Assembly (NCBI GenBank): GCA_916719935.1
Contig: CAKAPY010000001.1
Coordinates: forward strand, 1 to 39,610
DNA length: 39,610 bases
Origin: an uncultured Actinomyces sp.
GTDB taxonomy: Bacteria > Actinomycetota > Actinomycetes > Actinomycetales > Actinomycetaceae
Reading direction: 5' to 3'
Shown here in pieces: positions 34,088 through 39,610 of the stretch. The notes under the pieces were generated by a model. The model was not told the DNA's origin. It saw nothing but the letters and a program-made list of their open reading frames with translations, and did not search any database. Made by a program: the position numbers and the translations under genes. The stretch's first letter is position 1; each line of letters starts with the position of its first letter.

Positions 34088-35350
34088 ATGAAGCGAGTTC
34101 TCGCATCCCTCGGCCTCGGAGCCGTTATCGTCGGAGGTATGATCCATCCGGCAATTGCTGAGGATTCTCAGCGAATCCATGCAGAGATCACCAAGGTGAC
34201 CAGTGCATCTCGTCAGACAAGCTCTGAGGTCACCGTTGCCGGCACCTGGTCCGTCGAGAAACTGGCAGTTGGCCAGTTCTTCACGGTTTCTACGGATCCC
34301 GTAAACGGAGAACCCCCGTTTGCATGGAATACGTCATTCCCGTTCGTCCTCGATGACGGGACGAAGATCGGAGAATGTAACGCCACCGAGATGACCATAA
34401 CGTGTGGGGTCACCACGGTCCCTCCCGCATACGCTGATAAGACCGATGTGAATGGTACCTGGTGGGCTCGTGCACGTCTTAAGGACGCTGCCATCGGTAC
34501 GACCGAAGGTACGATCGTCCTGAATGGTAAGGCAGACAAGAAGATTGTCTGGGGCGACGCTGATGGAACCGGGGTCTGCTCGAACGATTGTGATGGCCCC
34601 GTCCATTATGAATACGCCCGCCCGGAGAACCTTAAGTTCGGGTGGACCAACAGTGATGGTACTGTTGGTTGGGGTATTAAATGGGTCTCTAACGGTGGCA
34701 CTGAATACACCGTTAAGGACTTCGATACCCGGCTCAACACGTCGGTAAAATGCGCCAAGTCCGATACGTGGGATCCGGGCACGACCGAAATCATCACCGC
34801 CACCCAGGTAGACGAGAACACGATCAAGTTTGTGGCCCCCGAGGGCTCTAAGGTCTGCATCGTCTTCCCACCCGATGCGACGGTGGTCCCTGAAGGCCAG
34901 ACTAGTGTCACCAACCACGCCGAGGTTAACGGCATGAAGCTAGAATCCACTGCCACGGTAAAGTCTAGTGGTGGCACCAACGGTGATGGCTCTACAAAGC
35001 CTGAGCCTACCCCCACCATGCCTTCTACGCCCGATCCTAAGCCTTCTGAGACCACTCCTGCTCCTAAGCCCTCTGAGTCCACTCCGGCTCCGAAGCCTTC
35101 GGAGAAGCCCTCTCCCGCTCCTTCCACCTCTACTCCTACCCCCAAGCCTAGCGTGACTACCCCCGCTCCTAAGCCCAGTGCGACCACTCCGGCTCCGAAG
35201 CAGGATGTTACTCCGGCTACCCCCAAGACTAGTGAGCAGCCTAAGCTCGCTAAGACCGGTTCGTCGGCGGCAATTGCTGGCGTTCTGTCTCTCCTGCTGG
35301 CGCTTCTCGGCGTCGGTATCTACTCTATCTCCCGAAAGGACACCAAGTAA
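34088..35350 (+). CDS. Secreted, sortase-anchored cell-wall surface protein (LAKTG)
   Basis: Signal peptide ending AIA, beta-rich Cys-containing domains, Pro/Thr/Ser stalk, LAKTG + TM helix + RK tail. Confidence 0.85.
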   Translation: MKRVLASLGLGAVIVGGMIHPAIAEDSQRIHAEITKVTSASRQTSSEVTVAGTWSVEKLAVGQFFTVSTDPVNGEPPFAWNTSFPFVLDDGTKIGECNATEMTITCGVTTVPPAYADKTDVNGTWWARARLKDAAIGTTEGTIVLNGKADKKIVWGDADGTGVCSNDCDGPVHYEYARPENLKFGWTNSDGTVGWGIKWVSNGGTEYTVKDFDTRLNTSVKCAKSDTWDPGTTEIITATQVDENTIKFVAPEGSKVCIVFPPDATVVPEGQTSVTNHAEVNGMKLESTATVKSSGGTNGDGSTKPEPTPTMPSTPDPKPSETTPAPKPSESTPAPKPSEKPSPAPSTSTPTPKPSVTTPAPKPSATTPAPKQDVTPATPKTSEQPKLAKTGSSAAIAGVLSLLLALLGVGIYSISRKDTK

Positions 35351-35351
35351 C

Positions 35352-35798
35352 ATGCAGGCTATCAAAGTCACCTACGAAAACTTCGACGGCGAAACAGTCG
35401 ACGAGGAGCTCTACTTCCACCTCTCCAAGAGCGAACTCACTGACATGGAGCTCCAGCGCTTCCCGCTGTCTCTGAAGCTCGCTCGAGTCACCTCGGGTAA
35501 TGGCACCGCGACTGATGCCTACGAGCTCATGAAGGGATTCATCGAAGCCTCCTACGGTACACGAAGCGCCGATGGTCGTCGATTCATCAAGGATGCGTCG
35601 GAGACTAGGTCTTTCATGATCTCTCCGGCATTTGACGCCCTTCTGGACCTGCTCATCAACGATGAGAAGTTCGCCTACAAGTTCATGAGTGGTCTCTTCC
35701 CGAAGGACATCATGGAGAAGGCTCAGAAGCTTATCGACGAGAACCCCGGCAAGACTCCGGGTGAGCTCCGAGCAATTGTCGAGGCCAACAATGACTGA
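35352..35798 (+). CDS. Phage hypothetical protein
   Basis: GAAAGGA RBS; TYENFDG...LYFHLSKSEL, SYG.RS.DGRRFIK. Confidence 0.75.
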   Translation: MQAIKVTYENFDGETVDEELYFHLSKSELTDMELQRFPLSLKLARVTSGNGTATDAYELMKGFIEASYGTRSADGRRFIKDASETRSFMISPAFDALLDLLINDEKFAYKFMSGLFPKDIMEKAQKLIDENPGKTPGELRAIVEANND

Positions 35799-36438
35799 CG
35801 TGGTTCCCATCGAACCTTCGTCCGGCTCCTTCCCTGGAAACTCTGATAAGTCCAGGGAGGGGGCCGCCCCGGCCAAGAAGGAAACGAAGGTTATCGCCAA
35901 GGCGAAGGTGAGTAAGTCGAGCCCCATCAAGGAGGCTCTCAAGACTTTCTTCGTCAATGATCTCCCTGACATCGCTAATCACCTCGTGATCGATGTCGCG
36001 ATTCCCGCTGCTAAGAACGCTATCACTGACATGGTGACACAGGGTATCCAGCAGCTTCTCTACGGTGCTGTCGACGTCAATCGTGGGCGTAGCGGCACCT
36101 ACACGTCGTATGGGTCATCGTCCCGTACGACCTACACTCGAGGCACCCCCAATAATGTTCGATATTTGGAGCCTCGTGGTGCTGTGCGTCAGAGTAGCGT
36201 TCGAGTTGACGATCTCGTCTTCGACACTAAGTCTGACGCAACTGAGGTGATTGAGTATCTGGCTGAGACCATCGAGCGTTATGGCCAGATTTCTGTCGCT
36301 GCTCTATATTCTTCTGTCGGTATTCAACCCAAGTACACCGACGAGCGTTGGGGATGGACTACCCTCGACGCGTTTGAACTCCGATCCTCCCGTGATGGCT
36401 GGATCATCGTTTCGGATTCCCCGGAACCCATCAAGTGA
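35791..36438 (+). CDS. Phage hypothetical protein
   Basis: GAGG upstream of ATG 35791; C-terminal YGQISVAALY...WGW. Confidence 0.75.
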   Translation: MTDVVPIEPSSGSFPGNSDKSREGAAPAKKETKVIAKAKVSKSSPIKEALKTFFVNDLPDIANHLVIDVAIPAAKNAITDMVTQGIQQLLYGAVDVNRGRSGTYTSYGSSSRTTYTRGTPNNVRYLEPRGAVRQSSVRVDDLVFDTKSDATEVIEYLAETIERYGQISVAALYSSVGIQPKYTDERWGWTTLDAFELRSSRDGWIIVSDSPEPIK

Positions 36439-36464
36439 CTTATATTTTCTGAAAGGAGCTGCTG

Positions 36465-37361
36465 ATGACTATCAGCACCATTTTCTACACTGCAATCGGC
36501 CGTGTTTCTAAGCACGCCCCCACAATCCTCAGCGTCGGTGCCTCCATTGGCGTTGTCGCGACCTCTGCTCTGGCATGGCGGGCCGGGCGTACCTTCGAGG
36601 ACGTCGAGTACCGCAACTACGAGCGCGTCAAGGCTTGCCAGGATCGAGCCGATGAGATCCCCGACGAGCAGGTCCCCGCTATCGAGCGTAAGAACCGTAT
36701 TGCGTTCGCTCTCGATGCTGCTCGTCACATCGCCCCCACGGTGATTATCGGCGGTACCACAATCGCGCTCATCTACTTCTCCAACAGCATCTCCCGTAAG
36801 CGTCTGGCCGCTCTGAGCGCCGCGTATTTCACGGTGCAGAATGCGTTCGACAACTACAAGGCGAAGATGGTGGATACGCTGGGTAAGGAGACCGTCGACA
36901 AGATCGTGGCTCCGAAGCTTCCTAATTACGGGAAGACTGCCGAGGAGATCCTCGCAAGCGATAATCCTAACGATGCTGGCGACGTTCTGGATGCAGTCCT
37001 CTCGATGGTCCGAGAGTGCTCTCCGTACGCTCGGGTTATTTCTGAGACATCATCGACTGCGTGGGATCCCAATGAGGACTACACGACGATGAACCTCACC
37101 GAGATTCAGGCGTGGGCAAATCGACGTCTGGAGAAGAAAGGACATCTCTTCCTCAACGAGGTCTTCGACCAGCTCGGCCTCTCCCGCATGAAGGAGGGGG
37201 CCCTCGTCGGATGGCTCAAGAATGGTGATGGAGACGGCTACGTGTCGTTCGGGGATATTGAGGGCTCGATCTACCGCGTTCCCGATTACGAGCGCAAGTC
37301 GATTCACTCCAACGTCGTCATCGACTTCAACGTCGACGGTGTGATCTGGGATAAGATCTGA
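36465..37361 (+). CDS. Conserved phage membrane-associated protein (paralog of 32707-33441)
   Basis: GAAAGGAG RBS; ALSAAY, FLNEVF...VGW, DFNVDG. Confidence 0.75.
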   Translation: MTISTIFYTAIGRVSKHAPTILSVGASIGVVATSALAWRAGRTFEDVEYRNYERVKACQDRADEIPDEQVPAIERKNRIAFALDAARHIAPTVIIGGTTIALIYFSNSISRKRLAALSAAYFTVQNAFDNYKAKMVDTLGKETVDKIVAPKLPNYGKTAEEILASDNPNDAGDVLDAVLSMVRECSPYARVISETSSTAWDPNEDYTTMNLTEIQAWANRRLEKKGHLFLNEVFDQLGLSRMKEGALVGWLKNGDGDGYVSFGDIEGSIYRVPDYERKSIHSNVVIDFNVDGVIWDKI

Positions 37362-37363
37362 CC

Positions 37364-37852
37364 ATGATGTACCTACCCTGGCTGATCCAGCGAGGGTGTC
37401 TTAGCGATTATCGCGGCCTTGCTTCGGTGTGGGACGAGATTGAGTTCGTGTGGTATATTCCTGAGGATGGAGACAAGGCTGAACAAGCCCTCCGTATGCG
37501 GGATGAATACGCCTATGAATTTGATCGCGACACTCCGAGGCAGGGCCCGGTGTCTTTCCTTGAGGTATTTGTCTCCCTGACGGATACCTTAACAGCTATG
37601 GTGTACCAGGATCGAGCGGACTTCACTCGGTCCATCCTGATGAACTTGGGGGTGTCCGATGCGGTCGACTCCATGTTCTACGGTCCCGAGTTGTATGCTC
37701 GGGCTCTCGATAGCGCGGAGACCGTGATGTATAGGACGTACCAGCAGAATGGTTCTGGTGGTCTATTCAGGGTACCGGGCGCCGAAATGCTAGAGACACC
37801 CCTACGAGACCAGATGATTATTTGGGCAAACCACTACGATCCATATCACTAG
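37364..37852 (+). CDS. Phage hypothetical protein
   Basis: 162-aa ORF upstream of the replication gene; NGSGGLF. Confidence 0.7.
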   Translation: MMYLPWLIQRGCLSDYRGLASVWDEIEFVWYIPEDGDKAEQALRMRDEYAYEFDRDTPRQGPVSFLEVFVSLTDTLTAMVYQDRADFTRSILMNLGVSDAVDSMFYGPELYARALDSAETVMYRTYQQNGSGGLFRVPGAEMLETPLRDQMIIWANHYDPYH

Positions 37853-37865
37853 AAAGGAGGTGAGT

Positions 37866-39610
37866 ATGGATTTCTATAGCATCGAGACTTCTCCAGTGCG
37901 TGGACAAGCTGGACAGTTAGCTGCAGCCCCTGATTTTATCAATGGATATTCTCGAGATATCATGATTAACAGGGGCGAGTTCGTTGCTGTGTGGGATCCA
38001 GACAGCGAGTTGTGGACTAAGAGAGAGCACAAGATCATTGACTTGATCGACTCGGACGTCCTTACTTATGTCGAAGACGCAGCCAAGCGTCACATCAACT
38101 TACTTCCTAGACTCTGTCGACGAGACGGGGATGGTGTATGGAAGAGGTATCGTCTATGGACTAAGAACATGGTTGATACCGATCACCCTCTCGATCGCAA
38201 ACCTATATTTGCGGACACACCGATCAGGCAGGAGGATTATGCGTCGTTCAGGCTGCCATATTCTCTGTCTGATAGCGAGCCTGTGAATTGGAATAAGCTC
38301 GTAGACACGCTCTACGATCCTGAGGAGCGAGAGAAGATTGAATGGGGTATTGGCGCTATCCTGACTGGCGATTGCCGTAAGATCGACAAATTCCTTGTCT
38401 TCTACGGTGAGCCTGGCTCGGGTAAGTCGACGATTCTCAACATCATGCAATCTCTATTCGGAGATTATGCTACAGCGTTTGATTCCGAAGCACTGGCTCA
38501 ACGTAGCAATGCTTTTGCGTTGTCTGCGTTCGCCGATGATCCTCTGGTTGCCGTAGAGCACGATGGAGACCTCAGTAAGATCGAGACCAACACTCGTCTT
38601 AACTCCATCATCTCTCATGAAATCCAGCTGGTTAACGAGAAGTTCAAGAAACCTCGTCCAGTGCGGATTTCTACGATGCTACTCATGGCATCGAACAACC
38701 CCGTCAAGATCACCGATTCAAACTCAGGTATCCCTCGACGACTGATCGATATTTACCCCTCCAATAGGCGTATTCCTATTGGGGAATATCGTAAGATCAT
38801 GTCGGAGGTCTCTGGAGAGCTCGGGGCTATCGCCAATCACTGTATTTCTGTCTATCGTAGTCTGGGCCCTGACTACTATAAGGATTACAGGACGCAAGTC
38901 ATGATGGGCGAGACCAACCCCGTCTACAACTTCATGTTCGAGATGTATGACGACTACTCTACTCGAGAGTTCGTCACGCTTGCGTCTGCATACATGGAGT
39001 ATAGGAATTATGCTGAGGCTTCCGGCCTTACTTGGGTTATGCCTAAGCATAAGTTCCGGACCGAAGTGAAGCATTACTTTAACGAGTTCCACGAACGCTG
39101 CAGAGTCAATGGTACCCGTCAAAGGAATGTATATTCTGGGTTCAGGACGGAGCTCTTTGAATCGGGGGCTCTTGTCGCCAATCCGGTTGAGGATGATACG
39201 TGGCTTGATCTTAAGCCTATGGATCGCACCGCTTTCGATGATATTTTCGAAAACCAGCCGGCACAATACACATCCGCTCAAGGAACCCCCAAAGAACCTT
39301 GGGACTCAATCACAACTACACTCAAAGACATCGATGTGTCGAAGCAACATTACGTCAGGCTACCTGAAGAATATGTTGTTATCGACTTCGATCTGAAAGG
39401 AGAGAATGGTGAAAAAGACCTACGCCGCAATCTGCGTGCTGCTAGTACTTGGCCTCCGACGTTTGCGGAAGTCTCGAAGAGTGGTGGAGGACTACACCTC
39501 GTCTACCGATACACTGGTACTGGTGATACCGTTGCCGAGTATTCGCCGGGAATCGAGATCAAGCGATTCCGAGGAAAGTCTGCCCTGCGCAGACGACTTT
39601 CACTCGCGAA
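37866..39610 (+). CDS. N-terminal part of replication fusion: SF3-like helicase plus AEP-type primase (continues at base 56)
   Basis: Translated by hand (absent from ORF track): GAAAGGAGG RBS, Walker A GEPGSGKST, VEHDGD, primase-like VIDFD and SKSGGGLH. Confidence 0.85.
   Translation, partial: MDFYSIETSPVRGQAGQLAAAPDFINGYSRDIMINRGEFVAVWDPDSELWTKREHKIIDLIDSDVLTYVEDAAKRHINLLPRLCRRDGDGVWKRYRLWTKNMVDTDHPLDRKPIFADTPIRQEDYASFRLPYSLSDSEPVNWNKLVDTLYDPEEREKIEWGIGAILTGDCRKIDKFLVFYGEPGSGKSTILNIMQSLFGDYATAFDSEALAQRSNAFALSAFADDPLVAVEHDGDLSKIETNTRLNSIISHEIQLVNEKFKKPRPVRISTMLLMASNNPVKITDSNSGIPRRLIDIYPSNRRIPIGEYRKIMSEVSGELGAIANHCISVYRSLGPDYYKDYRTQVMMGETNPVYNFMFEMYDDYSTREFVTLASAYMEYRNYAEASGLTWVMPKHKFRTEVKHYFNEFHERCRVNGTRQRNVYSGFRTELFESGALVANPVEDDTWLDLKPMDRTAFDDIFENQPAQYTSAQGTPKEPWDSITTTLKDIDVSKQHYVRLPEEYVVIDFDLKGENGEKDLRRNLRAASTWPPTFAEVSKSGGGLHLVYRYTGTGDTVAEYSPGIEIKRFRGKSALRRRLSLA

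Noticed and set aside
39556..39610. Direct terminal repeat
   Set aside because: It falls mid-gene and 55 nt is a common assembler k-mer; best explained as circular-contig overlap
1..39610. Integrase, repressor, reverse transcriptase/DGR, tRNA genes
   Set aside because: No recombinase or RT motifs, template/variable repeat pair or cloverleaf noticed by eye; a tRNAscan/HMM search was not possible

Overview
The window is an apparently complete ~39,555-bp siphovirus genome, assembled as a circle (bases 1-55 repeat 39556-39610), with all credible genes on the + strand. I infer a Lactococcus phage 1706-like / related actinophage-like organisation and an actinobacterial host (LAxTG sorting signal, moderately high GC). 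Modules: packaging, head, tail and lysis (11587-29267); an array of small, mostly membrane, genes separated by conserved repeats (29263-35350); conserved unknowns and a ~1245-aa helicase-primase-exonuclease-PolB fusion spanning the contig join (37866->2048); SSB, HNH and SF2 helicase; an iteron-like, AT-rich putative origin (7040-7510); and a VRR-NUC / PD-(D/E)xK nuclease / 903-aa operon ending just before the probable cos site. No integrase, repressor, tRNA or CRISPR was seen. The main candidate system is a phage-specific transcription apparatus. The 903-aa protein has the ordered motifs of YonO / eukaryotic-RdRP-type two-barrel RNA polymerases (GADFDGD), three HTH motifs and an N-terminal LAHYG motif suggesting virion packaging. 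It co-occurs with 21 copies of an AC-N6-TATAR core, 11 in linear promoter-like form and 10 inside covarying hairpins, which divide the early region into single-gene cassettes. A long G.U-containing RNA hairpin near the genome end carries a loop complementary to the phage's own GAAAGGAG ribosome-binding sites. All calls are from motif reading by eye; no searches were run.
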